Source of the DNA: an uncultured delta proteobacterium
Lineage (GTDB): Bacteria; Desulfobacterota; Binatia; UBA9968
Direction: 5' to 3'
Assembly: GCA_963816145.1 (NCBI GenBank)
Contig: CAWFJP010000018.1
Coordinates: forward strand, 192,001 to 256,000
DNA length: 64,000 nt
The notes under the pieces are model-generated. The model was not told where the DNA came from and made no database searches. It saw only the letters and a list, made by a program, of their open reading frames with translations. Shown here one piece after another: positions 51,645-61,092 of the stretch (its first letter is position 1; the number at the start of each line of letters is the position of its first letter). The position numbers were made by a program, and so were the translations under genes.

Positions 51645-52796
51645 CTATTTCGCCTTGCCTGCCTTCTTCAGCGCGTCCTCGACGATCTGATGCAGCGCTT
51701 TGCGCCCTTCCATGCCGTTGTACTTGGCCGAATTGAGCATGAAATAATTGACGCCTTTCTGCGGCACATCGTCCGGCGGCAAGTCGGTCTTGGGGACGTC
51801 CACCCGCAGCGAATTGACTTCGGTGTATTTTTGCCAGGCGATCTGACCCTCGCGGGACAATACCCAATTGACGAACAACTTGGCGGCGTTGGGATGCGGC
51901 GCCTTGCTCATCACCGCCAGACAGCAGGAGCCGCCGCCCATGATATCGCCTTCTTTCAAAGCGTGCGGCATCAAGTCCACGGGCAAACCCTGCTTTTTCG
52001 CCTTCATCACCGGCTGGCCGCTGCCGATCTGAAATACCACCTTGCCTTGGCCCAACCAGTCAGTTCCCTGCTGCAGATCCCGGGTGATGAGAATGTCGGT
52101 CTCGGTCAAAATCCGCGTAATGAACTCCTGCCCAAGCGAGGGCGTGTAGTAGAAAAACGCAAAAGTCTCGCCACCGCCGCCCGCCACGCGCGGATCGAAG
52201 GTCACCAACTTGCCTTTGAACCTGGGCTTGAGCAGGTCCCACCAAGATTGAATCTCGTTAGGATCGAGCAACTTGGTGTTGTACGAACCGCGGCGCGTGC
52301 CGATCTCACCGGAGATAATCAGCCCGGCATTGTTCTGCGCATCGGCGAAGTGCAGCCTGCCATCGAACCAGTTGTTGGCGTCGTTCACATCCGGCAGAAT
52401 CAGCAGCGGCTTGAGCGGCTCCAGTGTTCCTGGCGCGAATGCGGCATAAGTCGACGATCCGCCCATGATCAAATCCGCCAGATATTTGCCGGCGCGCCGC
52501 TCGGCGACGATGCGCTGCGCGTGATCCGACCCCTTGCCCGGCACGAAGCTAAACTTCACCTCCGGATAGGTTTTCTGAAATATCGCCCAGATCTGCTGGT
52601 ACGCCGGATTATGCGGCCCATAGATGACGACCTCGCCCTCTTTCCTTCCCGCTTCAACCGTCGCGTCCCACCGCTTCTTCCAGTCGGTCTGCGCCGACGA
52701 CGCCCACGGAAGTACCAGCAACGCCAAGTTCAATAAAACCAGTCTGCAAATTTGCCGCACAGCATTCTTACTCAATCCTCGCGCCGCATGCGTCAT
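51645..52796 (-). CDS. Extracellular solute-binding protein (AfuA-like)
   Basis: Signal peptide, KEGEVVIY, YNTKL, APHPNAAKLFVNWVLSREGQ. Confidence 0.88.
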   Translation of the reverse strand: MTHAARGLSKNAVRQICRLVLLNLALLVLPWASSAQTDWKKRWDATVEAGRKEGEVVIYGPHNPAYQQIWAIFQKTYPEVKFSFVPGKGSDHAQRIVAERRAGKYLADLIMGGSSTYAAFAPGTLEPLKPLLILPDVNDANNWFDGRLHFADAQNNAGLIISGEIGTRRGSYNTKLLDPNEIQSWWDLLKPRFKGKLVTFDPRVAGGGGETFAFFYYTPSLGQEFITRILTETDILITRDLQQGTDWLGQGKVVFQIGSGQPVMKAKKQGLPVDLMPHALKEGDIMGGGSCCLAVMSKAPHPNAAKLFVNWVLSREGQIAWQKYTEVNSLRVDVPKTDLPPDDVPQKGVNYFMLNSAKYNGMEGRKALHQIVEDALKKAGKAK

Positions 52797-52830
52797 TGCC
52801 TTTTCTCCTACTGCTGCCTATTGCCTGCAT

Positions 52831-52858
52831 TCATCCTTCAGCCCTCATCCTTCAACCT
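52831..52858. repeat. Heptamer tandem repeat x4
   Basis: TCATCCT TCAGCCC TCATCCT TCAACCT. Confidence 0.6.
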
Positions 52859-52863
52859 CATGG

Positions 52864-53169
52864 TCACTTATGCCCCAGCCCCGCCGCGGTAAAATTCCCC
52901 GCGCCCATAATCTGATGCACTTCCCATTCGAGTAGTTCGAAAGAGCAGAAGCCTGCCGCCGTGTAGGGATCGCTGGCCGCGATCCGCGCCGCCTCATCCT
53001 TCGAATCCGCCCGGATCACATAGATTCCATACTTTCGGTCTGTGGTCGGCCCGGAAAAAAGAATCTTGCCGGTATCATGCTGCCGCTTCATCCAGACGAG
53101 ATGCTGATCCAAGGTCACCGTCCACTCCGCGCGCGGCTTGGTCGCCTGGCGCAAAACTAGATACCACAT
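52864..53169 (-). CDS. YciI family protein
   Basis: QHLVW...GKILFSGP...DPY; AGGAGG RBS. Confidence 0.85.
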   Translation of the reverse strand: MWYLVLRQATKPRAEWTVTLDQHLVWMKRQHDTGKILFSGPTTDRKYGIYVIRADSKDEAARIAASDPYTAAGFCSFELLEWEVHQIMGAGNFTAAGLGHK

Positions 53170-53215
53170 AAAAGCCTCCTGAGAATTTTCAGACTAGAAC
53201 ACGCTGACGTTCCAA

Positions 53216-53244
53216 TCGTTATGCCCGGGAACTTGGCCTGTCAA
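53216..53244 (-). promoter_or_regulatory. Possible sigma70 promoter for the yciI-like gene
   Basis: TTGACA-17 bp-TAACGA. Confidence 0.4.
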
Positions 53245-53250
53245 GAATAT

Positions 53251-54114
53251 TTATCGTCCCAGCGCGATTGCGATTGTACCGACAACGACCGCCATCGTGC
53301 CGAGCACGGTGACCGTTGTGATCCTCTCTTTGCCGCGGAGGAAGATCAGCGAAATCATCAGACTGAAAAGCGGCGTGGTCGCGACTATGGGTGAGACAAT
53401 GACGACGCGGCCGGTGGTGAGCGCGATTAGGGTCAGCAAAGCGCCCAAGGCTTCAAAGAACCCAGACAGAAAAAAGTCGATCACGGCGCGCCGATGCCAG
53501 ATCAACTTTCGTTCGCCGCCGGTCCACAAGGTGTACGGTACGGCGCCTAGCAAAGAGACAATCGCGACCACGAAACTGAAAAACACCGGCTCGTTGGTAA
53601 TCGTCAAACCGTAGCGGCGCAGCGGGAACGCCACACCGGCGAGAAGCCCGGCGATCATCGAATAGACCACATGCCACCAGCGGTAACTCGGCGGCGCCAC
53701 TTCCGGTTTCCAGGAGATCATGACAACGCCGGCGACCACCAATAGAGTTCCGAGCAACACCGCGGCGCTGGCGCGCTCGCCCATGAGCGCGATGGCGATC
53801 ACCGTGCTCCATAATGGATAGCTGTTGCGCAGCGGCTGGCTGCGCGAGGTGCCGATCTTTTGCAGCCCCATGAATGTGAGCAAGCTGATCACGGTCTGCA
53901 TCAACCCCAGGATGATGAACACGACCAGCGCCCTCTTGGCGAAATCGGGCACGCCGCCGAACAGGACCACCGCGATGCCGAGAGTGATCGTCCGCGCAGC
54001 CAAGGAAACTACGGTGGCGGTCAGCGGCGTCGAATGGCGCAGACCAAGCCAGCCGTAGACAGCAAAAAGCGCGAAGGATATCGACGCCAGCAGTGCGGTA
54101 ACTTCGGAGCTCAT
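53251..54114 (-). CDS. DMT/EamA family transporter
   Basis: About 10 TM segments in two EamA-like halves. Confidence 0.88.
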   Translation of the reverse strand: MSSEVTALLASISFALFAVYGWLGLRHSTPLTATVVSLAARTITLGIAVVLFGGVPDFAKRALVVFIILGLMQTVISLLTFMGLQKIGTSRSQPLRNSYPLWSTVIAIALMGERASAAVLLGTLLVVAGVVMISWKPEVAPPSYRWWHVVYSMIAGLLAGVAFPLRRYGLTITNEPVFFSFVVAIVSLLGAVPYTLWTGGERKLIWHRRAVIDFFLSGFFEALGALLTLIALTTGRVVIVSPIVATTPLFSLMISLIFLRGKERITTVTVLGTMAVVVGTIAIALGR

Positions 54115-54260
54115 AAGCGAGTAGCCCTTTGGCTGTACTAGAGCGTTGCCAACCAGTCAAAAAAATCGCCAAAAAATGAAGTGTCTTACCTAAGGGCGGC
54201 ATTTTCGTATATAATTCCCACCAAGCCAATTGAACCCCAGGACGCACCTAAGGAGAAACC

Positions 54261-55805
54261 ATGCGCCGAATCGTTAGCGGATTGTTCATCGTCGTGCTTT
54301 TTAGCCTGGCGGCGCGCCAGGCATCGGCACAGGATCAGATACGCGATCTGGTCGTCAAGATTCATGCAGTCCAACAGGCTCCCGACCTGCTCAGGCCCTG
54401 GACCCGGAGCAGTCCGCAGCAGGTCAAAGGCTCGGGGGTTGTCATCGATGGGCGCCGCATCCTCACCAATGCCCACGTGGTCAAGTACGCCAGCCAAATC
54501 TATGTGCAACCCAATCAATCGGCGAGCCATATCCCGGCGCGGGTCGAAGCGATGACGCCGGGGATGGATCTGGCGATTCTGAAACTTGACGATGAGACGT
54601 TTTTCGACAAGCGCGGCGCGCTGCCGTTCGCCCAGGAGTTGCCGCGTGTCAAAGACAGCATCAACGTCTATGGCTACCCCACGGGAGGCACCGAACTGTC
54701 GGTGACCCAAGGCATCGTCTCGCGCATCGAGTATACCGATTACTACTACCAGGCTACGGGTTTGCGCATACAGGTAGACGCCGCACTCAATTTCGGTAAT
54801 AGCGGCGGGCCGGCGGTTTCCGACGGTAAACTGGTTGGATTGGTATTTAGCCTGATTCAAAACGCACAGAACATCGGTTATTTGATTCCCGTCGAAGAGA
54901 TTCAGCATTTTCTTGCCGATATCAAAGACGGCGTTTACGACGGCAAACCGCAAACTTATGATTTAATTCAGACCATCGAGAACGACGCGCTGCGCCAGCG
55001 CCTCGGCCTGCCCAAAGGCATCAACGGCGTCATGGTTGCACAGCCCTATCGCGACGACCCGGACTATCCGTTGAAGGAATGGGATGTGATCACTAAGATC
55101 GGCGACACGCCCATCGACGCTGACGGAAAGGTCGCCATCCGTTATGATCTCCGCTTATCGGCGTCCTACTTGGTGCAAAAATACGCCAAAAACGGTTTGC
55201 TGCCGCTCACGGTGTTTCGCAATGGCAACCTGGTGACGATTAATTTACCGGTGGGCACCCAGCGGGAATTGGTGATTCCATACCTCCTGGACGCCACCCC
55301 GCGCTATTTCATATTTGGGCCGTTCGTCTTTTCACAAACCACCCAAGATTACCTCGAACGGCTCGGCAACCAACGGCCTGGCACGTTCGGCCGCAAGCCC
55401 AGTCCGTTGATTACCCGGCGCCAAGATCGGCCGGCGTTCGATAACGAGGAGCTTGTCGTCGTCGCCTCGCCGCTCTTCCCTCATCGGATTACCAAAGGCT
55501 ATGACGATCCCAACCGCTCGGTCATCAGCGAGGTCAACGGCGTGCCCGTGCGCAATTTGCGCCATCTGGTCGAACTGCTGCGCGATAATCGCGACGAGCA
55601 AATCAGCTTCAAGTTTGCCTCCTCCGGGGTTCTGACCCACGAGACGATGGTGTTCAATCGCAAAGATCTCTTGGACGCCACCGGCAAGATCCTCGAAGAA
55701 AACGGCATCCGCTACCCCTACTCGCAGGATCTGCGCGCAGTTTGGGAAGCTGCACCAACCGCTAACAAGTCTGCCCAAGTCAATTGCTGCGGGCTGACCC
55801 CGTAA
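54261..55805 (+). CDS. HtrA/Deg-type serine protease with PDZ domains
   Basis: Signal peptide, LTNAHVV, DLAIL, GNSGGP; AAGGAG RBS. Confidence 0.92.
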   Translation: MRRIVSGLFIVVLFSLAARQASAQDQIRDLVVKIHAVQQAPDLLRPWTRSSPQQVKGSGVVIDGRRILTNAHVVKYASQIYVQPNQSASHIPARVEAMTPGMDLAILKLDDETFFDKRGALPFAQELPRVKDSINVYGYPTGGTELSVTQGIVSRIEYTDYYYQATGLRIQVDAALNFGNSGGPAVSDGKLVGLVFSLIQNAQNIGYLIPVEEIQHFLADIKDGVYDGKPQTYDLIQTIENDALRQRLGLPKGINGVMVAQPYRDDPDYPLKEWDVITKIGDTPIDADGKVAIRYDLRLSASYLVQKYAKNGLLPLTVFRNGNLVTINLPVGTQRELVIPYLLDATPRYFIFGPFVFSQTTQDYLERLGNQRPGTFGRKPSPLITRRQDRPAFDNEELVVVASPLFPHRITKGYDDPNRSVISEVNGVPVRNLRHLVELLRDNRDEQISFKFASSGVLTHETMVFNRKDLLDATGKILEENGIRYPYSQDLRAVWEAAPTANKSAQVNCCGLTP

Positions 55806-55843
55806 AGTTGTGCGCGAAAACTTACCGGCAAATAGCGACAAAT

Positions 55844-56158
55844 ATGCGCGTCCTGCGACTCAGGCGCAAAGCTCTGCAAGTGAGTTTGATCGTTGCCCTT
55901 CTCGGCGGCGTCGCGAGCCAAGCTCTACTCGCGGCATCGCCCACCATTGAGACCGTGGCCCGAGGTCTCGAAACTCCTTGGGCCATCGACATTACCCCCG
56001 ATGGGCACGCCTTTGTCACTGAACGCGCGGGAAGCGTTCGAGTCATCGACAATGGCAAACTTCTCGCCGACCCCTGGATCACTATCGACGTCGCCGCAGT
56101 CAGCGAAGCCGGCTGCGCGACATTGTTGAAGGTCCGGGCAAAGCGTTCTATTTATTAA
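55844..56158 (+). pseudogene. N-terminal fragment of a PQQ-dependent sugar dehydrogenase (GSDH)
   Basis: Signal peptide + ETVARGLETPWAIDITPDG..FVTERAG...SEAG, then the sequence stops resembling the family. Confidence 0.7.
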
Positions 56159-56302
56159 CCAGCAATCGCGATATCCGGGGCAGCCCCGGACCGGAGGATG
56201 ACCTGGTCTTGCGGCTGACTTTCAATTAACCGAGTCTCTAAGGCGCGGCTGACGCGGCACCGCACGCGATTCATTGTGGTGCGAAAAAGCGAGGAAACCA
56301 TC

Positions 56303-56449
56303 ATGTCAAAGAAATTTGGCGCATTATTCTTCTTCTTCATCATGTTCATTGCCACCATCGGCATTGCTAATTTCTTGTCGATCACGTTTTATGAAAAGTC
56401 GCTGCTCACAGCGATCAAAGACTTTCTGTTTATCCTTACGAAAAAATGA
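56303..56449 (+). CDS. Small membrane protein, 48 aa (below the ORF-track cutoff)
   Basis: GAGGA RBS; MSKKFGALFFFFIMFIATIGIANFLSITFYEKSLLTAIKDFLFILTKK. Confidence 0.6.
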   Translation: MSKKFGALFFFFIMFIATIGIANFLSITFYEKSLLTAIKDFLFILTKK

Positions 56450-56548
56450 CCGCCCGCCTTGGGCTCCGCGCTAACCCAATCCGGGATTGGCGTTGATCCG
56501 AACTCCGCCGTGTAATAGGATCGCGCCGTTCATTGCGAAGGAGTCAGC

Positions 56549-57229
56549 ATGCGCAAGAAAATCTTCACTTGGCTGGGCCACGAGTTCATCGAGTTGTCTG
56601 GAGAAGCTACCGCCGGCGTCGATGCCGCAGGCGAAGCGCGTGAGCTTTTTCAGCGCGTCGACCATGAGCTCCGCGCCCACGGCATGTCCCTCGACAACAC
56701 CGTGCGCAGCCGCCTCTGGGGACGGGACCGCGCCAGCCGCGATGGCGGTAGCAATGAACGCGTTAAAGCGCTTTCCGGCAAGGCGCGCTCGGCAAGCTCC
56801 AGTTACATCGCGCCGGGCCGTTTCGATTCTCCAGCCAAGGTCGCGGTCGACTTGCTCGCCATGCGCCCGTCCAGCGCGGACCAAACCAAACAAATCGTCG
56901 AGTATAATCCACCGATCGTGCCGATCCGCTTTCTGGTTTACGACTCGGTGGTGGTGCTATCCGGTGTGACCACCGTACTGCCGACGTTGGCCGACCAGTT
57001 CGACAACATTTTGCCGCGCATCAGCGGCTCCCTTGCCGACGCGGGCAGTTCCTGGGACAAGGTCGCGCAAGTTTCATTCTACCTGCACCGCAGCCAGGAT
57101 TTAGCGAATCTGAAAAAGCTCTTTTCCGCCCGAGTTTCAGCGCAAATCCCGAGGATGGAGTATGTCATCGTCGACGGCTACTCCTCCGAGGGAAAATTCT
57201 GCGAAGTGGAAGTAACCGCGCTACGGTAA
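56549..57229 (+). CDS. RidA/YjgF-like protein with two tandem domains
   Basis: HGMSLDNTV...VDLLA and AGSSWDKV...EVEVTA; AAGGAG RBS. Confidence 0.75.
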   Translation: MRKKIFTWLGHEFIELSGEATAGVDAAGEARELFQRVDHELRAHGMSLDNTVRSRLWGRDRASRDGGSNERVKALSGKARSASSSYIAPGRFDSPAKVAVDLLAMRPSSADQTKQIVEYNPPIVPIRFLVYDSVVVLSGVTTVLPTLADQFDNILPRISGSLADAGSSWDKVAQVSFYLHRSQDLANLKKLFSARVSAQIPRMEYVIVDGYSSEGKFCEVEVTALR

Positions 57230-57264
57230 GCGCAGGACGGTAACTAAATGCGAAAACTTTTATT

Positions 57265-57475
57265 ACCACGAAGGCACGCAGAGCACGAGGGTCTCGGAAA
57301 AATGATTTTACCTTCGCGTCCTTCGCGCCTTCGAGACTGTGTCGCAACTGTCATTTCGAGGTGAAGCCGAGAAATCTCTTCTTCGTATGTGGCTGAAAAC
57401 ACGAGATCCCTCGCTGCGCTCGGGATGACAAATGTGGGGCATTTGCGCATTACGACACAGCCTCATCGTGGTGAA
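57265..57475. repeat. CACCACGAAG-family hairpin interrupted by MITE copy 2
   Basis: ACCACGAAGGCACG ... CTTCGCGCCTTCG [MITE] CATCGTGGTGAA. Confidence 0.75.
57334..57463. mobile_element. 130-bp MITE-like element, copy 2
   Basis: AGACTGTGTCGCAA ... TTACGACACAGCCT; same orientation as copy 1. Confidence 0.75.
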
Positions 57476-57538
57476 ATCAGAGTCTTCAGTCACGATTAAA
57501 TCGACACCAACAACACCTTAGGAATCGAGACGCAATCC

Positions 57539-58528
57539 ATGACAACACTCCCTTTCAAAATCGCCATTCTCGATGACTTCGAGAAGGTCGCCGACACCGT
57601 GCCGGCCTACGCCAAGCTCAAGGCCCGCGCCGATATCACGCTCTTACGCGAACGGCTCGATTCCAGCGAGAAGATCGTCCAGCGTTTACGCGAGTTTGAT
57701 GCGCTGCTGCTCATGCGCGAAAGGACGTTTTTTAGCGACAAGGAGTACAGCGAGCTGCCGAAGTTGAAGTTTATTTCGCAAACCGGCCGCACCAGCGTGC
57801 ATCTTGACCTCGCCAACGCTACCAAGCGCGGCATCGTGATTTCCAGCACGCCCAGCGACAGCGGCGCTGCGACCAAGGAACTCACCATCGGTTTAATCTT
57901 GTCCTTGGTGCGAAAAATACCGCAAATCAACTTGCGCATGCGCGAGGAACTCTGGCCGGCGGTAACCGGCACCTTGCTCGAAGGCAAAACCGTCGGCGTG
58001 TTGGGACTCGGCCGCATCGGCAGAGAAGTCGCGCGCGTCATGAAAGCTCTCAATACCCGTGTGCTGGGCTATTCACGCAAGTTGACCGCCGAAAAAGCCG
58101 CCGAGGTCGGCGCCGAGTCGGTCCCCATGGAAACCCTGCTGCGCGAATCGGACATCGTCACGCTGCATGTCCACTTCGGCGAACAGACCCGTGGCCTGAT
58201 CGGCGAAAAAGAGTTGGCCCTGATGAAGCGAGGTGCGTTTCTCGTCAACACCGGGCGCGGCCCGCTGGTGGTAGAACAAGCGATGCTGAAGGCGCTCGAG
58301 AGCGGTCAATTAGGCGGCGTTGGACTCGACGTCTACGACGTCGAACCGCTGCCGATGGATCACCCGCTGCGCCGCTTCGATAATGCGATTCTGATGTCCC
58401 ACCGCGGCTACACCACCATGGAAATCTTGAGCGAGCGCTACGAGCAAGCGATTACCAATATCCTGGATTATCTCGACGGCAAAGAGATCAAGCTAATCAA
58501 CCCTGATGTGGTCCCGCGCCGGCCGTGA
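57539..58528 (+). CDS. D-2-hydroxyacid dehydrogenase family protein
   Basis: MRERT, GLGRIG, VNTGRG, DVYDVEP, SHRG. Confidence 0.92.
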   Translation: MTTLPFKIAILDDFEKVADTVPAYAKLKARADITLLRERLDSSEKIVQRLREFDALLLMRERTFFSDKEYSELPKLKFISQTGRTSVHLDLANATKRGIVISSTPSDSGAATKELTIGLILSLVRKIPQINLRMREELWPAVTGTLLEGKTVGVLGLGRIGREVARVMKALNTRVLGYSRKLTAEKAAEVGAESVPMETLLRESDIVTLHVHFGEQTRGLIGEKELALMKRGAFLVNTGRGPLVVEQAMLKALESGQLGGVGLDVYDVEPLPMDHPLRRFDNAILMSHRGYTTMEILSERYEQAITNILDYLDGKEIKLINPDVVPRRP

Positions 58529-58575
58529 TTCCACTGATCGGGTTAAGTCATCGAACCGCTTGAGGTTCCACAATT

Positions 58576-59211
58576 GTGGCTGTTAAACTCTCCAAGCAAG
58601 AAATCGCCAAAACATCCGCCATCACCATCAGTCATTACGACCAACGCGCCGCGATCTTCTGGTGTGACACCCGAGATCATGACGTCAGCCAGAATATTGC
58701 GGCTTTATTGCAGGCCATCATTGGCGCGCCACCCTTTCGCATCCTCGATTTTGGCTGCGGTCCCGGCCGCGACTTGAAAGCGTTTAAAGACCTGGGGCAC
58801 GAGCCTATCGGTCTCGATGGCTCGGCACGCTTTGCCGAAATGGCCCGGGAATTCAGCGGCTGCGCTGTGTGGCATCAGGATTTTTTGACGCTTGATTTAC
58901 CCGCCGACTATTTCGACGGTATATTCGCCAACGCCTCGCTTTTCCATGTGCCAAGCCAAGAATTACCGCGCGTGTTGAAAGAACTTTACGCGACAACGAA
59001 ACCCAACGGCGTGCTGTTCAGCTCCAATCCGCGCGGCGATAATCAGGAGGGATGGAACGGCGAGCGCTATGGCGCATATTACGATTGGCAAACCTGGCGC
59101 GAGCGGGTGACCGCTGCCGGCTTTAATGAAATCGGTCACTACTACCGTCCAACGGGATTGCCGCGCGAACAACAACCGTGGCTGGCATCGCTCTGGCGCA
59201 AACCCGCATAA
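58576..59211 (+). CDS. Class I SAM-dependent methyltransferase
   Basis: ILDFGCGPGRD, FDGIFANASLFH. Confidence 0.9.
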   Translation: MAVKLSKQEIAKTSAITISHYDQRAAIFWCDTRDHDVSQNIAALLQAIIGAPPFRILDFGCGPGRDLKAFKDLGHEPIGLDGSARFAEMAREFSGCAVWHQDFLTLDLPADYFDGIFANASLFHVPSQELPRVLKELYATTKPNGVLFSSNPRGDNQEGWNGERYGAYYDWQTWRERVTAAGFNEIGHYYRPTGLPREQQPWLASLWRKPA

Positions 59212-59338
59212 CCCATTCTCTTGGACTATCGCCTCGTGCCTGTTGCCTATTGCCTTTTATCAACAATTGACAGCCGCACTGTCTATCTATTAAGGTGCGG
59301 TTATATCTCAGAGCTAGTCCGATAAGGAGGATCGACCA

Positions 59339-60391
59339 ATGGCCTTTGTAAGTGATCTCATCATTTCATCCGACTCTCACGTCATGGAACCGGTAGACTT
59401 GTGGAAAAAGGGCGTCTCGGAAAAATACCGCGACACGGCGCCGCTTTTTCCGCCGCATCAAGTCGGCGAAGGTTTCCAGCAACACGCCGGCGGTTGGGAC
59501 GCCAAAGCGCGCATGCGCGAAATGGAAGCCGATGGCTTGAGTGCCGAGGTGCTTTACCCTACCTTGGGTCTTGATCTCTTCGGTCTCGACGATGCCGGTT
59601 TGCAGGAAGAATGTTTTCGCGTTTACAACGATTGGCTGATCGACTATTGCAGCACCGACACAACCCGCCTGATCGGCATTCCCGCCATTGCGGTTTACAA
59701 CGTCGACAACGGCATCAAGGAACTCGAGCGCTGCCGCAAGGCCGGGTTGAAAGGGGCGATCATCTGGCAGGCGCCGCACAAAGATCTACCCTTCACCTCC
59801 GACCATTATGAAAAGTTCTGGTCGGCTTGCGAAGAGTTGGACGCGCCGGTGAGCCTGCATATCTTGACCGGCCACAGCTACAACAAGGACAAGAATCGCA
59901 AGGGCGTCGAGCGCTATCGTGGCAGCGTCAACTTAAAACTCATGGACATCGCCAATGCGCTCTTCGAGCTGGTATTCTGCGGTGTGCTTGAGCGACATCC
60001 CAAGCTCAAAATCGTCTCGGTGGAAAACGAGTCCGGCTGGATGCCCTGGATCTTCCAGCAGTGGGACTACTACTACAACCGCTTCAAGAAGGAGAACCCG
60101 CCGGCCTTCTCTCGCAACCCGAGCAGCTACGTCAAGGATCAGATCTACGCCTGCTTCTTCAACGACCATGTGTGCGGCGAGAATCTCGCCTTCTGGGGCC
60201 AGGACAACATCATGTGGTCCAATGACTTCCCCCATCCCAATTCGACCTGGCCGAACTCGATCAAGATCATCCAACGCGATCTCGGCCATCTGCCGGAAGA
60301 AACCCAGCGTAAAGTCGTGTGCGACAACGTCTGCCGGCTCTACGACATCGACGCGTCGAAACTACCGCGGGTGCAAAAACAAGCGGCGTAA
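59339..60391 (+). CDS. Amidohydrolase_2 family protein
   Basis: SSDSHVMEP, YNDWL, LH, VENE, SNDFPH; AGGAGG RBS. Confidence 0.9.
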   Translation: MAFVSDLIISSDSHVMEPVDLWKKGVSEKYRDTAPLFPPHQVGEGFQQHAGGWDAKARMREMEADGLSAEVLYPTLGLDLFGLDDAGLQEECFRVYNDWLIDYCSTDTTRLIGIPAIAVYNVDNGIKELERCRKAGLKGAIIWQAPHKDLPFTSDHYEKFWSACEELDAPVSLHILTGHSYNKDKNRKGVERYRGSVNLKLMDIANALFELVFCGVLERHPKLKIVSVENESGWMPWIFQQWDYYYNRFKKENPPAFSRNPSSYVKDQIYACFFNDHVCGENLAFWGQDNIMWSNDFPHPNSTWPNSIKIIQRDLGHLPEETQRKVVCDNVCRLYDIDASKLPRVQKQAA

Positions 60392-60417
60392 CACGCCATA
60401 AGTTAGAGATGGGAAAT

Positions 60418-60446
60418 GTGGGGGCGGGTTTGAAACCCGCCCCTAC
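60418..60446. repeat. GTAG-type REP palindrome
   Basis: GTGGGGGCGGGTTTGAAACCCGCCCCTAC (reads GTAG... on the minus strand). Confidence 0.75.
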
Positions 60447-60467
60447 GCATTTGGAGCGCAAAGACCG

Positions 60468-61028
60468 ATGACCTACTCACTGCAACAATTCATCAAAGAC
60501 CTCACCAGCATCACCGACCGCTACCAAGAGCAAGAGAAAATCGTCGCCGTGGCGAAACCGCTGCTTGCTGAACTGGTCAAAAATCCTGACTGCATCGAAG
60601 CGCGGTTCAAACACCATGGCGGCAAAGCCTATGGCCGCTACATGCTGCACCGCGCGCCGCGTTTCAACGTCACCTCGGTGGTCTGGGGCCCCGGCGACGG
60701 CGCTAAAGCGCATAACCATGACACCTGGGGCTTGGTCGGCGTCGTCGAAAACGAACTGCAAGAAACTCGCTTCAAGCGCCGCGACGACGGCAGCAAGGAA
60801 GGTTACGCCGAATTAGCAGCATCCGGGGTGAATCAGAACCAAGCGGGCATGGTCTCGACGCTGATAGCCCCGGAAGACGACATCCACGAGATGCTCAACA
60901 TAACGCAAAAAAATACCGTCGAAGTTCATGTCTACGGCATAGACTTAGCCAATTATCAGCGGCTGCAATTCGACGTCGCCAATAAATCAGTGAAGTTTTT
61001 TGCCAGCGCCAAGTATGATAACTGCTAA
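60468..61028 (+). CDS. Cysteine/thiol dioxygenase family protein
   Basis: YGRYML, WGPG, HNH, DIH, VHVYG. Confidence 0.85.
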   Translation: MTYSLQQFIKDLTSITDRYQEQEKIVAVAKPLLAELVKNPDCIEARFKHHGGKAYGRYMLHRAPRFNVTSVVWGPGDGAKAHNHDTWGLVGVVENELQETRFKRRDDGSKEGYAELAASGVNQNQAGMVSTLIAPEDDIHEMLNITQKNTVEVHVYGIDLANYQRLQFDVANKSVKFFASAKYDNC

Positions 61029-61051
61029 GGTATAGGATGAACTGACTCACG

Positions 61052-61081
61052 GTAGGATGGGTCGAGCGTAGCGATACCCAT
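61052..61081 (+). repeat. GTAG-tagged REP between convergent genes
   Basis: GTAGGATGGGTCGAGCGTAGCGATACCCAT. Confidence 0.7.
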
Positions 61082-61092
61082 TGTTCCGACGC

